Assembly: GCA_030704615.1 (NCBI GenBank)
Contig: CM060732.1
Span: 26,598,001 to 26,662,000 of the forward strand
Direction of reading: 5' to 3'
Origin: Takakia lepidozioides
Lineage: Eukaryota; Plantae; Bryophyta
Length of the DNA: 64,000 nucleotides
A program made the translations under genes and the position numbers. Shown here piece by piece: positions 1 to 13,940 of this stretch. Under the pieces are notes generated by a model. It worked only from the letters and a program-made list of their open reading frames with translations, searched no databases and was not told the origin of the DNA. Numbering within the stretch: the stretch's first letter is position 1; each line of letters begins with the position of its first letter.

Positions 1-3000
1 AGCTGATCCCTATTTCGCCACAATCTCTTAAAAGTACTGCCGCATTCTAGGTCACACAACAGACGCGACACGCTTTGAAGCTCCCTCCGAACTTTGGCAC
101 AGGACTGTTTGTCGCATCTAGAAACAAGGGTTGAATATTCTAAACCGCTTGTGAATGCTGGCTTAGCATGCCAACACTTGACCTGCAGTTTTTGGGAAAT
201 GGACTGGCTTGTCCATTTCTTCAAGGCGCAGAACTGCGGGAGGGAGTTTAGCAGGCCAATACTTGACCTGCAGTTCTGCCTGGGCAGCCATAATTTCCTC
301 GTCCCCTTAGCATGAGTGGATGTTGTGAAACTCATCAAGCCCTCAACCCAACTGCTGAATACATCCTTTCACCAGGGTTTGAAGGGCGGCCATCAACCCT
401 ACTCTGAGGGATAATTAAACAATAAATCTCCACAAACATAGTCTGTGCTGGCTTCCATTCATGGATATGTTCGGATTTGAAAATGTTTGGCCTGCTCACA
501 CACTTTGGGTGCCTATGTAATCCTCGTTTTCAAAATTCAGCTGAAACGTCATGAGCTACAAACAAATTTTAGCAGTCTTACAAAGTTTCATAATCTTAGC
601 AGCAATTGTTTCTCATTGAGGGCGAAGAAAATGCTGCTCTTGAAGGTGCATGGAGAGGGAGTGGATGGTAGAAGTTTGCAGCATTTGCCAATTTGGGGTT
701 CCTATTAAGTTATGGCGTTGGCCTTCCCGTAGTTGTTGTCCTAGTCTTTGTGCATCACTTTGGTGGGAGGGTAATGTTTATTAGATGCATGTTCATGTCA
801 ATCTCACAATGTGCATGTACAATAGCCTACTGATTAGACAGCATGGTGAAGTGGCTCATGCCCACACAGATTTTTTGTATGTATTTGTATGTGTACGTGT
901 AAAAATTGTGTATGTAAATAGTAACAACATAGGAAAAGGATAGGTTGGACAACAGAAATTTTATTCGGGCTCACTTTTTTGTCGATTATCCTCCCGAAAT
1001 TATCCAGGGAGAGAATGTAGAGCCACGAGAAGGTGGACGAGTGCAAGCAATTTGGGAAACAACAGGACATGATACAGTGACCAATGTCCCGTGGCTTTCC
1101 CGACTTCAAAGAGACCAAATCAACTGCCCAGTGACCCAGAATATACCACAATAAATATTGGCCGCCTCCTTGTAGCCATAGAGTACTGGAAAACTCCCAA
1201 GTGCTTTATACGAAAGGCGGCCTAACATAGAGAAGGAACAGAAAAGCAGTGAAATATCTTACAACTATAACAACACAAGCACTAACAGCAAATTCAGGCC
1301 CATGAGGACGCTCAGACAGCCAATAGTGGTTTCTTCAGCCTGGCTATGCCAGATCAGAAACTCTAGTCCAAAACACTTTGGTATCATCACAGCATAAAAG
1401 AGCTGAGAGGGCCCTAGACCAGCAACAGTAAAACCGCAGAGTAGATTGGTTTAGCAAGTAGCGCGAAGCCCTTTGAGACCCGTGAAAAATCATTCATCAA
1501 GTGCTTACCAACCACACCCCTCAGCAAGTAAAGAAGGTAAAGTCTATCTCCAATGGTAAGGATATGGTAGAACAACACTGACTTGAAGCGTCATGCGGCA
1601 CTTCCTATATTGGGAGATTGTCATCCTCCGGTATCACACAAGTTACATGCACACTAGAATTTCAATACTGAGAATAACGGAGCATCCTTCCCGTGTACGA
1701 AACAAACAGCAGCTCATGCTCAAAATAAAAAAAAACATAACTCCATGCTAGAGCAAGAACGTCTAGATATCATCACCCTCAATGGCACCATAAGCAATGA
1801 CGGGTAGTACAGATGGCTACTTGGTAGGTAGCACAGATGGCTTCCTATCGAGAAGTGAAGGTTGCTCTATGCCAAACCCTGGTCGAATTGAGGATCACAG
1901 CATACGCTACCCCCTTCGTGGCAGGTCGGCAGAAACACAATCAGCAAGACCAAACCATATCCTGGAAAAGAACGCAGCGGCATCTCCAATAGACAAGGTG
2001 TTTCCCGGCATAGAGAAAGGCCTCAACCAGCCAGTTATCAGCAAAGAGTTATGACCCTCAGCCGGTAATTCCAAAAAACAAATCTTCATCGGCCTTCAGT
2101 TCAAATAATAAGAACAAACATAATTCTCACACAGTACGTGCTTACTCTCACAGATGCAGAAACTATATTGCACAATCAAACACAGGCACCCGGCAGCAAT
2201 GGACCACTAAATTAGCTGCATGAGGACTGCAAGCATTATAGCTCACACCTACAAGGACAGTTTCGCATCTACGAGACAAACGTCAGTGATGCACAAAGTG
2301 GAGGGGAAGGTGATCACAAAGCACTCGTTGAACTACTTGGCAGATTAGCTCTATATCCAATTTTTAATCGGATGGATACAATTCTATGTACTTTGGATGA
2401 ATTAGCCTGTTGCATTCATGCATCAATTGCAAACAAGAAGTCGCCGGCGTACATCAGCTGAAGCAACGCTTTCCACGACTCAAGATGTGAATTAGTGTAT
2501 ATTTTCCACCATAGTTGTTCAAGAGGCTAAAATCAGCCCCAATTGGTCATGCTCCAATCTCTTTCTGTTACGGGGAAATTTGTGAAATAGGAACGGTGGG
2601 AATGACCAAGAGGGATGCAAGAAGTGCCAGGAAGGCCACACCATGCTTTGAAATCTTCCATAACTGTAACCATTGCATTCCTAGTAGACCAACTTACCCT
2701 AGTAGACCAACTTACCGGATGTTGATACCACGTACCACCTCACGAATTACCAATGACATTGTTGATTTGCCAATGACAAACAACTCGCTGCACATCAACA
2801 AATTTGAACCTTGGGCGAGTTTGATATTTAGTATGTTGTTTCTGAACACATGGCCTCAATTCTCTACATATTTGGAATACAATATCTTTGCTCATTCAAA
2901 GTGTTGCATCCAGAGCTCATTGTCGAATTCAATCAGGAGGAATCTTGAAAACCATGTCGTGGAGTGCGGCTTAACTCAGTCACTAAGGTCTGGACCTAAA

Positions 3001-3539
3001 ATTGTAAGTAGATTGGAATTCAATCTGTTATTGCGAATCGCAGAGCTTGCAAGTATCAATTGCATGCTTGCACGAACATATTCTCGTCGAAATTAGGAAG
3101 AAAGAACATGGGGCAGTGCATACGGCATTTCCATATCGCTCTGTACCATCTTGGACAAAAGAACTACAAAACTTGTGGACACGACATACTCGCTGCAACT
3201 GAATTTCATGGTAAAATACAGACAGAGAGACACAGTAAAGCCTCAGAGAACCCTCACTGCTCCTACAGAGTTCCTACACAGTATAAACAGAGACAACGCG
3301 CAATTGAAGCAAAGAGAGACAGAGCGCAAAAATACTACCACAGATTACCATACTGTGAACGAATGAAAACGTTGACTCACAGGCATCTGTCGTGAAGGTG
3401 TTTACCAATAGGCATTCCCTCTAAATTCCCCGCTGAAATGGAATATCTTCAATGACGACGTCGTGGGCAAACGATTCTTGAAAATCCGCATCTACACACA
3501 TATTTGATTACAATAGTTGGATTGCAATATGCGGACGGT

Positions 3540-5109
3540 TTAGGGCTCAATGTCACTGCCCAGGCGCACTATATTACCGTAAAGGTCTCGCACATAGCCT
3601 ACCTTCTGCCCCCATTCCTTCTCCTCCGGTGGTGTTACTGGCACTGCTCCAGCTGTCACAGCACGCTGTACCAGAATACGAATGAGAGATCAACACAAGT
3701 TTACACACGCTAAGCTGACCGTGACAAACTTGGTGCTCATTTCCCACAACTAGCTTCATCAACTAATTTACACGAAGGTACAGACACAGGAGTGGTCGTG
3801 ATAATTGAGGACAAGTAGAGCTACAACCAAACTTCCAAAGCAAGCACTGAACAGACCATCTCCTCGGTACTCATGAAAAGACCCTGCTTCCAATGCAGCA
3901 AAAACTCCGGCACCTGAAAAGCGGCATCCACATCCGGGAAACTGAAGCAGGGTTCCACATTTGGACGAGGTTCCTTCAATGAGGGTGCCTCTACACCACC
4001 CGTGATATCAGCCTCGTGCTGCTCCAATGGTGTGAAAGCCAACGTTGTATGACCCGTCTCTAATTCTCCCCACCTACAGTACATCAATCTACGGGTCAGC
4101 TTCACCATTTGCAAAAGCAGACAAACAGGAAATCTTCCCGGCATATCCTAAGAAGAAAAATGAGACAAACGGCGTACATTATAAGAGTAGCTGTGATGAT
4201 GATATACTACCTGCTGTGAAGAGGTGGGCGCTTAGACTAATGCAAATAACACTTCACAAGGAGAACCCAGCACCCGACTCCCTCGGGCCTAGACCTCGCA
4301 CTTGATCCCGCTAGGTTCTAATATCGCGTTTGGCTATGTAACCTGTTGGACAATGAACTTCCTGAAATAGGTTTACACCCACACAGTACCCCGGCCACGA
4401 CAAAGTACTCTCTGTTGGAAGACTGTAGTCGGTTCTGGGTTCCACAAACAATTCTGAAGACATATCAGAGTCCACACGCATTGTTGCTAATAAGGCTACT
4501 TGAAAGGGACAAGAGGACACAAGCCTCCCCAAAACTGAACTTTTTTGTGGAGCGATAACCCAGTCACACCCCACGCTAGCTGATTTAAAATACCGCCTCT
4601 GTTGCCCAAATTACCAATGTTCAACAGATGTAAGAGCACACACACGTCATGGGATAAAATTATGTCCTGTAGGGCGACCGATGCCAGGGACAATTAATTG
4701 TTCGATTTCGTCGAGAACAACCTGGTCTACTGCTGTAATGCATGTCTCCTACTTGAGAGAGACAGACAGAGAATGCACTCATAAAACGACGTTTGCCGCA
4801 GCCTTGTGGCTACAGTCCCGGCGCCCAGTTTGGGCGGAAAGCAGACAACTGGCGTTGTACTGCACACTTGCAAATAAATCTGTTGCACAAGTTGCACTGT
4901 CCAAACAAGTTCTAGCTATCGATTTCACGGGAAATTCTTATTCTCGTGATGAGGAATGAGTACCTGCGGCTCCGGTCCAATCGTCGAATACCAAACCCGA
5001 AAGCCTTACTGTAGAAGGCTGTAGCCTTCTCTACATCAGACACATAGAGAATGGTGTAAGAGAACTTGGGAGGACCCCCTGTTCCCTCGCTCTGCGTACT
5101 GTCGGTCAT
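3540..5109 (-). CDS. DSI-1VOC: Desiccation-induced VOC/glyoxalase-family protein, 3 exons (5109-4964, 4073-3914, 3665-3540), 143 aa
   Basis: Spliced at GT-AG sites gives MTDS...KFSYTILYVSDVEKATAFYSKAFGFGIRRLDRSRR/WGELETGHTTLAFTPLEQHE...FPDVDAAFQ/RAVTAGAVPVTPPEEKEWGQKVGYVRDLYGNIVRLGSDIEP*. Exon lengths 146+160+126=432, in frame. Closely resembles plant DSI-1VOC as I recall it. Confidence 0.92.
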
Positions 5110-7229
5110 CTTGCTGTCTGATTCTATCTCGGGCCTCGCCTTGCTGTCTAAACCTGTAACTAGTTCAATGATGCAGTCGTAAAGAGGATTGAAGCTCTAC
5201 AATCCACTCCCAAGTCTACCGCCGCTACGATGCCGAGACCGCCCTGGTGCTAGTGAAAGACTATGATAGCATTTGATCTGCCGCCACCTTTAGTGCAGTG
5301 CGTGAATCGCTGGCATCCCCACCCAAGTTTTAGAGGGAACAAATTGCATGGCCGCCACTTGGCAACTGCATCGTCGTAAAGTTTGAGCATACTTACAAGC
5401 TGCCACTCATACACGGCTGCAAACATCTGTTCGGACAAAATGTTTCCGGGGTTCGAATGTACGGTAGTTGTGGGAAACGTGAGTCCTCGAGTAGGAACCA
5501 AATTGGGTTGCAGGGTTTCATCACAAATTGCATTCCTGGATTGAGTTGCAGGGGAAGTGAGCGCGAGCCCTTCAGGCGACCATAAGGGAACATTTTCCGT
5601 GTAGGTACCTACTTTGGGAAATCAATTCGTGGCTACAAGGGTGTCCACCATCCTGGCAGAAGGCAGTCAAGAGACACCACAGTTTACACTTCCACTTCCT
5701 TCCGTAGGCGTCATATATTATAGGAATAGATCCTATGGTGAAACAAAAATGTGCTCACTTGAGAAATATTGCAAAAATAGTCTTCCAAATCTGTTGTAAG
5801 TACCATAGCCAAAAGAAGACCAAATACACTATGATGAAAGAGTTGCTTAATTCACATGGTGTATGCATATGCCTTTAGATCTATGCAGCTTCCAAAGTTA
5901 GATTTAGCAGAAACAATCGGCAAGAAAGAGTACACCAGAAAGGAACAACGCGGGTAAGTAGCCTAGAGGTCCATAGGCGGGAAACTTAAGAAAACCTATG
6001 TGGCATCTATATGTCCACAAGTAATATATCTATGTGGCATTAAGATGGCCTATGTTAACATTGAATCTACTACCACAATGTACTAACAACAAAATCTATC
6101 AAATATAACCCAAGGACTAGTGCAAATCTGAGCACTCCATACCAGCCCGGTTTAGGGTTTCAATAAAAAACACCTCTTGAAGGAAGCATAAATTAACCCT
6201 TAAGTTTTCTTCACATGAGAATGATTGGGAGGAGCGATGTGAGTCCTGGTGCTCTGTGTTTCGCGGTGAGAGGAGAGTTCAACGGTCTCTCTGTCTCTCT
6301 CACCCGTTCATTAACGTGCATGGATTTGCTTCCGGTATCGACTTCCTTATTTCCTTGTTTAAACTTCGTTTTCTCAAGCAACTAACTAAAGAAATCGCCT
6401 TTCCTAAACCAGTTTCTTCTGCCATCCATGGAAGTTCATTTTCCCTTCATCCCCAGCCTGTCTCTGTTCCCATTTATCATTTCCCAGTAGGCCGTCGCCA
6501 TCAAGCCATAACTTCGACCCCCCCCCCCCCCCCGCCCCTCTAGTTGTGGGCTGATATATGGATGATTACACTTTGTCCTGTCACCTTGTAATCAGGGTGT
6601 CTCTCTTGCTGGAGCTCCCTCATGACTAATCGCACCACTTCTCTTCCTCACGCTGTCTCTCTTATTCTCACAGCTGCCTTCTTACCAGCTACGTTGTCCT
6701 TGTCAATTTTCAGCTTACGTTTTAGTTATTCAGTTTCTGGTCTCCCATCTCTCGTTCTGTTCTCTCTGCTATCTTTCTCAATGGGCCCCAATAGTATTAT
6801 TCACCAGCGTTATAAAGGTTAGGTCTGGAGTCTGGAGCACGCCGAGACCTTCGGTGACTGGTAGGCCCCAACCGTCCTTAGGAGCTGGGTTCTCTTTGGC
6901 CCACCTCTTGAAGCCTCATGGCGCAACGGCCATGAGTAGTCATGCATGACGTTGTGGCCATGACCCACCATGACACTGCGGCCATGATGGTTAGGTCATG
7001 GCTCAAGAACCATGAAGCGCCATGAGCGGGAATGCACTACCATGACAGGGAACATGACCATAGCGTAACAACAAATACCAGGACCAAGAATAGAGAAGTC
7101 CGGTACAAACAAAAAGACCTCTTGGCAGTTAGGGACATGACAGTTAGCGCACGGTTAGTTAGCGCACGGTTAGTTAGCGCACGGTCAGTTAGAACCATAT
7201 ACAGACGGTATAAACGCAGCAAAGAAACT

Positions 7230-8115
7230 GAGGGAAGCTAGCGCGAGAGCGCGCTCACGCTTAGCGGACTAAGCGTGAGCAGACTTCGTTAAGCGTGAGC
7301 AGATTTCCTAAGTGTGAGCACATTTCTTAAGAGTGAGCACAGAATGAAAGCGGAGCCTATAGCCGTGGGAAAAGCAGAACCTATTTCTATGGGGACAACG
7401 TTTATGGTTTAGGGGGGCAACATACGCAAGACACAAATGGAAATTTGAGAGTAGTGCGAGACGAAATCTGTACGGATGAATGGGTATGTGGAATGGATGA
7501 ATGTTCGATGAATGTTGGATGGATATGGGATGAATGTAGGATGAATGAGGGACATCAAAATATGGATGAATGTACAATGGATGAGAGCAATGACATTTGG
7601 GGTGAAAGAACTTGAACGATGTTGAATGAAGTAGGCCATCCTCCACTGCTTTGAAGTTGTATGAATTTCCCTCACATACCTTTTGTTCGAAACAGTATAC
7701 ATGTCGTATAAACCAGTGTTGGCCGGGTATGGCATCTGGACATGCATACCCGGCGGTTATTTGCCGGTTATGCATATGTGCATAACCGGAAAGTGAGGCC
7801 TGAAGGGAACCGGCTATGGAAGGGAACCGGCAAATTCCATCGAGCTTACTACCCGGCTAGAGAACCGACATCGAGATTGGGGGGGTTGTTGTACCCGGAG
7901 TGAGATCCGGAGCAAAGAAGGATGGTGTACAGGCGGTTCTAGATAGTACATGTGCAGGTCCAAATGAAATGTTTTCAACTGATTTGATTTCGCCGCCATG
8001 CGAGAATGCAGCGTAGCTACGGCGTGAGCCCAGCCCCGTGAGCCTGGGAGCTGAGCTCACGTTGTAGCTACAAAGCGTGAGCCGAGCTCACGCTTCAGGG
8101 AAGCGTGAGCAACAC
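7230..8115. repeat. Non-coding region with clustered GCGTGAGC/GCTCAC and AACCGG motifs; possible non-autonomous DNA transposon remnant
   Basis: Repeated GCGTGAGC at 7250-7340 and 8020-8110, CAGTGTTG near 7715 followed by CCGG-rich motifs. No TIR pair or TSD found. Confidence 0.3.
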
Positions 8116-8144
8116 AAATCTGCTGGAGAAGCAGGTCCTACCTA

Positions 8145-11100
8145 GGGGGTGCACTCTTTATAAACTGTGCGTATCACGTGCGTTCGTCGCCTAATAAAAA
8201 AACACCCTGTATACGAGTCCTTGGATAATTTATACCTCCTCTGTACATACTTTTTGAAGATTATAAAACCCCCTCCTGTAAATATACAAAAATTTACAAT
8301 TTAAAAAAAAATACCCCCTTCTGTATGTATATTCTCATTTTCCATCATTAAAAATAACCCTCCAATATGTATATGTATGTTTTTATATTATATCGAATTT
8401 ATTCATTTAAAATATAATAAAATCTAACAAATTAATTAAAAAAATTATTTGCCTTTGATAAAGTTGTCAAAGACTTTTCGGTCATTTGCATCAAGTACAT
8501 ATGTGTTTGACTTGACATTGAACTTTAAACATGCTAACGCGATAATGGAATCCAAATCAACCATCATGTTATCCGTCAAATCGTACGTATAGACCCCTCC
8601 TCGAATTTTTTGATATCATGCTAACCCAATCTCCGTATGAGAAGGACGCTCCAATAAATCAACAGAATCCCTACATTCTACAAACCGTTTATTGATTTTA
8701 TTCCGCATTCTTTGAACCCTGCTCAAATACCAAGTGCCTTTGGTTGCTCCTCTGCAAGTTTTCCCTGGTCTGCCTTTCATGTTTGTAGTTTGGATCGCAG
8801 TCTCCTCATCAACAAAAAATAAAGCACAATCCGAACCCAATCCCAAGCTCGTGGCTTTGTTGCTGGTAGTTGGTTTGTTTTCTCGGCAAAACAACATCGA
8901 TGCACTTCTTACTCGTGTCAATCTATCCTTGGATAGAGTAGGGTTGCCATTGAGTTGGCTAACCAAAGTGCTTTTGAATATGGTCTTCCCGTCTACTTTG
9001 ACAAATGGAACCACCGCCTTCGATCCATCTTTCTCTTGTTCAAACTCATCAATGACAGCATCCATAGTATGTCTCAATTCACTTTGAACAAGTACCTCTT
9101 CCGCATGATCATCCAAAGGTTGGCTCAAAACATCCTCCATTGAATTCGAAGGCCCGCACACCAATTCATCTTCCATGACCTCATTTTGAATATGTGTGTC
9201 TGCATTAAGAGGGCAAATAGAATCTATGGCATCGACATCATCACCCTCCTCTTCCATGCTTTTGAATAGCTCGGCCTCCATTTGTCTCTCAATTGTCCAT
9301 GGCTCATTCCACCAATCCAAGTTTGTCGCTTTGTTTGGTTTCATCCTAAGTTTATGGCATAAAAGTTGCGCTTCTAGAAATCCAGTTTTCAAAGCCTCCA
9401 CAATGCAATCATCTGATTAGAAAAGTCGGACAAATCAGCAAGGGGGATACCTGGCTTGTTCTCCAAAGAAAACCAAATGTGTTCTTGTTTCTTGTGAGAA
9501 CTTGAGAACTTGGGTCCTTTTGGATTCACCTCGAACTCGGATATGCGTGTTAATGCTCCCGCACTCTCAATCAAATCACACCCGTCATATGTCCTCTCAT
9601 TCCGTAACATACCTCCCACTTTGCTGAAGAATATTTCACACACATCTGAACCAACAAGGCTCAAAGGAACTTGCACATGATTAAACTTATCCTTGAATAA
9701 TTTGATAAGTAGAACCACGTAGTGGCATGAAATTTGTAAATCCAAGTATGCTTCCTTGCTAATGAAGAAGGATTTCAGATTATACACCTCGTGGTGGAAT
9801 AACCACAACTTCCACAATCTGAAAAAAAAAACGATACCTTCGTAGCAGATTGTACCCTCTCACACAATGACATGTGAGGAGACAAAAAAATGTCGATGTA
9901 GCATGAAATGATGTATAGGTAAAATTCAGTACCTTTGGTCCTCTCCCTTCGATGATTGACAGTTGATTGTAACTCCCTCAAACAAGCTTGCACCTTCCGA
10001 GATGCCAGTCGTTGAGCTGCTGCCCAATTATGTCGATCTTCTCTTTTGATATCACACTCCCGAAGTCCATGCTTGTCCACTGAAAATGAATGGTAGACCA
10101 ATAACACATGATTCAATGTAGCAACCTCATCACCCAACACCAAAGTCCGTGATGCACTGTCCAAGGGATTTACCAATTTTTTCCCATTGTGGATGAAGTC
10201 CTGATCATGGAGTCCGTATATATCTCCCCCGTTGCACACTCGACCTATAAACAACCATCCTTCCCAAGGGATGCAAAATCTACTTCCAGCCCCATTGGCA
10301 TAATCTTCTAACATCACTTTTCTTCTCCTACTATCTCCGTCTGAAGCATGCCCAATTATAGGCCCAACCACGTCCCTCACATATTTGTCCCACAACTGTC
10401 TCACCACTTCCCATTGTGATCTCACAAAATTGTTGTCAAATTTTTTGCAAGTGAGCTGGATTACCAATACCAATCGAGGTAATCGTACATGTAGAGGATT
10501 TGCTATCAACACTCTGGCGTAATGGGCAACCACATTGTTTTTGAATGCCTCCACAATATGTTCGTACCCTGATTCCCCTTCTCCCACTTGCACCACAAAA
10601 TTTGAAATACATACATGGTTGTATTAAAGCCCACAGAACCCAAGAAGGGTGTCATCCCTAGCAATCCAACGTACCAATCGCTTCACAACAGTTTCATCTT
10701 CGGCCACCATCACTGGGATGCTTCCCATTGGAATATTTGCATCTTCCATCACATCTTTGTAAATTCCAGCCACATGCTGAAATATATCATCCCTTTCTCC
10801 CGCTCTATACTTCAAACCTTTCCTCAAAGCGTCTTGTAGTATCAATAGAAGGACCCCTCACATTTGAAGCCAAAAAATGATGCAATCTCGGACCCCCCCA
10901 AAGCTGCACAGTCTCAAACATTGTTTTTTTGTGCTAGTACCATACCTCTTCCCTTGTGGAGACCTGTCAATATTCTTGCCCATATCAACAATAAAATCCC
11001 ACAAACTTTCTTTTCCTTCAAAATCCCCCCTCCTATGTGCATCAACAATATCACGACAAAATTTGAGAACATCTCCTCTTTCAATTGCCTCAATCCCAGA

Positions 11101-12793
11101 CTCCTTCAAACTCCTACATCGCACAGACAAGGATGCCACTTTGGTCCTGGCTTCCTTTTTCAGTATCTCTCTCCCCTCTATATTCCATGGCACCTCTCTC
11201 TATATATACCCTCATTCTGAAGTCATTTTCCAAGGGAATGGAAGAACATGCTGAACACCTCAAGTTTGGAAATGGCTCCCCATCCAATGACACTCTAAAA
11301 CAATCCGCGTGCCGAAACGTACCAACAACCTTATGCTCTTGATTGTTTAGAGTGATGATTGCATGTGTCAACGGCTCGACATACCACTTCTTTTCTCCCT
11401 TGCTATCTTGAAGGAATGGTTTCAGACTTATTCTCTTGTGGTTGTACTCCCACCATTCATCCCATAGGCCCCAACACAAACTGTCTCTTCCTTTGTTGCA
11501 TTGGGACCTTCGCTGTAATTGTCAATCCTCAATCAGATCTGCCCGTTGGGCAACGTCAACACAAGTGTAGGGAGTTTGTGACGAGGATGCTCCCATTGTT
11601 GATGCCACAATTGGATTGTCAAGTGGTGGGGACGGCAACACAGGTTGACTGACCAAGAAAGAGCTTAGATCCCGTTGCTTTACATCTTTGGCAATCATAG
11701 GCTTTGGAGGCCTTCTTCTCTTTTTGCACAGTCCTTCACTACTTCCAACCTTCTGGCAAATCTCTGCATCGACATGAGTTTTTCCTTTCACATGCTCTGT
11801 CAAAGAAGATTGCAAAGAACCTGTCCTTGGAAACAAGAGTAGCCACTTCGAATCAAGTGTGCACTTAATCCTTATGGAACCCAACTGTGAATAGTCTCCA
11901 ATTGTGGCTTCCACAATCTCAAATCTGTTTCCAGGATTGTCCTCACGAAACCGAGCGACTTCCTCTAATGCCTCCTTCACCCTGTTCTTCTTTGCATCTA
12001 ATGCTTCATCTGCATTTACAGGGCTGATGACACATTGTGATGAACCCTTCCCATGACGCCTCTCATAGGCTATGCGATGCCCCTCACTCCTCAAATGAGA
12101 TCTCATAAAGTTTGCACATGCATCATATGGTTTGTTTTTCCCAGACCGTGCATAAACATCCTCACACTCAACACACCATATGTGGAACATTGCTTGTCCT
12201 TGTTGATCCTTTGTCATGAGCTCAAACTTGCCACATCGTCCTTCTGCAAAGATTTTCCTTTCAACGGCTCTAATCTCTTTCTGCCATTTTTGAATATCGC
12301 TGGATGTAGCCAATGTGCTGCACAATCTACCATATCTCTGTTGAAGTGCATGCTCATGTGCATGGTCTTCATTTCCACCATCGCCAGCAAAGGGTGTATC
12401 AGGGTCCATCCTCATCTTTTTAGACACTGGTGCCGGGTCCTCGTCTGGTCTGTCCTCATGCAAGATCGTAGAACCACTGGAAGATAGAGGTCTTTTCAAT
12501 CCTTGGTCCCCATCATTTTGGTCTGAAATCTTAATGTGTACTATATCCCCTTTCAGAACCATCCTCTCTTCCTGCTTGGCTGAAAGGACACTACCCCCCA
12601 TGGAAAGGAAATGAAATTTTCCTAAGACAAGCTCATCACCTAGAATTTCTGCTCGGATGCATTTGTATGTGACACCTTGCATAGTGAACACAGAACCAAG
12701 CTTGTTTGGTGATGCATCTCCTCCAACGAGCAGGACTTTTACTTCCAACTCTTCTTCCATGATGAGTTCACCTGCAAAATGCAATGAAAACAT
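8145..12793 (-). mobile_element. P-element-like DNA transposon, copy 1 (shared end GGGGGTGCACTCTTTATA at 8145)
   Basis: Near-identical to 28163-31926, and both copies begin at the same sequence. Subterminal CCCCT(C)CTGTA repeats at 8200-8330. The other terminus was not identified. Confidence 0.7.
8445..12771 (-). pseudogene. P-element/THAP9-like RNase H-fold DDE transposase with N-terminal Zn-finger-like motifs, frameshifted
   Basis: ORFs 11522-12793, 11114-11479, 10858-11193, 10624-10845, 9775-10596, 9389-9817 and 8616-9401 tile one protein. Motifs AEDET, HASDGDSRRRK, DQDFIHNGKKLVN (DxxH), GSDVCEIFFSKVGG. Stop TAA at 8445-8447; acceptor ttttgcag before 12771. Confidence 0.75.
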
Positions 12794-12929
12794 TTCAAAT
12801 CAGACCTTGATAGACCAATAACAAAGCACCCGGGTTGGAAGGTTCCAACGTCCTGTTTTATACAGCCCTATAGGCTGTCCAAGCAGGGACTACGTTGATA
12901 AGAGGATGAAATGTGTACAGAAGCAAGTA

Positions 12930-13940
12930 CCTGATTGATGAGTTTGACGCTGCTAATTCTTGTTGTTGCTATTGACCAAGTGCTGCTACTTCCACTGCTG
13001 GTAGCCCTCTTGGATGATCCTGAACCCACAGTCCATCCTTGCATCAGCGGCTAGCCCTCCCTCCACACTAACATATTTAAATACAAAGTTCCGTCAAACT
13101 CCCTACGATGTTGCATGAAGAAAGCTCACCTTGTTGACAATATTGTCCCACCGCTGTGGATCATATTTATAGAACTCCTGCCAGCGCTGTTCCTTGCTCC
13201 AAATCTGGCCCTCTTGGATGATTTTGCACCCACGATCCTCTCCCTGCATCAACAGCTACCCCTCCCTCCACACTAACAATGCGTACATCATGCCTCTGCA
13301 GCTGCTACAGTGGCTTCCAGTTGACCATCTACCCATGCAGGTTTCTTGTAGCTATCCTTCCACATGGAATCATAAGTAATCTGGAGCTTGGAATCCGGCT
13401 ATCTGGAAATTTAGGGACGACTCTGATAACAAGGAAAAACAGGCTGAAATGTGTTGAAGAAGGTACCTTCATTAGCAGTCCCTTGTTCTATCAATTGCGC
13501 TGTTGCCACTGCTATTTCCAGTTTACCATCTACTATCATTGTCCCACCACTGACTGGGGTCAGAAAAGTATTCATTCCTTGAAAGCTTCTCTCCATCTCT
13601 GTTATCTTTTTTTAGGTAATGTCATGCTGCCACCTCGGTAGTAACTTGCAAAGTCACTCCAAAGCACCGCAGATCCACCCAACGAGCTAACTTACAGAAT
13701 TCAATACATATGCTTCAGGGCTGAGTCTGATGAGAGGGAAAAACAAGCTGAAACAGGTCAAACCAGAAGGTGCCCTCAGGCTGAAATGTGTTGAAGAAGG
13801 TACCTTCATCAGCAGTGCTACCCCTCTATCAATTGCGCTGTTGCCGCTGCTGTTTCCAGTTGACCATCCACCCACATTGTCCCACCATTGACTGGGGTCA
13901 GAAAAGTGTCTCATTCCAAATCTTCTCTTCATCTCTGTGG
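12930..13940 (-). pseudogene. Scrambled fragments of OSB-type PDF-motif exons and introns related to the PPR-DYW genes at 46-58 kb
   Basis: Minus strand encodes FSDPSQWWDN (twice), ITYDSMWKDSYKKPAWVDGQL, HPRGPD and WQEFYKYDPQRWDNIVNK|gtgagc. Intron text GAAGGTACCTTCTTCAACACATTTCAGCC is shared with 47185-47210 and 56265-56290. Confidence 0.85.

Noticed and set aside
1-3400. Short ORFs and possible minus-strand exons (e.g. 975-1220, 1907-2089, 2515-3096)
   Set aside because: No recognisable domain or consistent spliced frame.
2691-7190. Small tandem duplications (18-mer x2 at ~2691, 15-mer x3 at ~7143, CCATGA-rich tract at 6910-7060)
   Set aside because: Ordinary slippage repeats.
12822-12835. 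AAAGCACCCG as the second TIR of the P-like element
   Set aside because: The match to the reverse complement of the 8145 end is too weak and there is no TSD.
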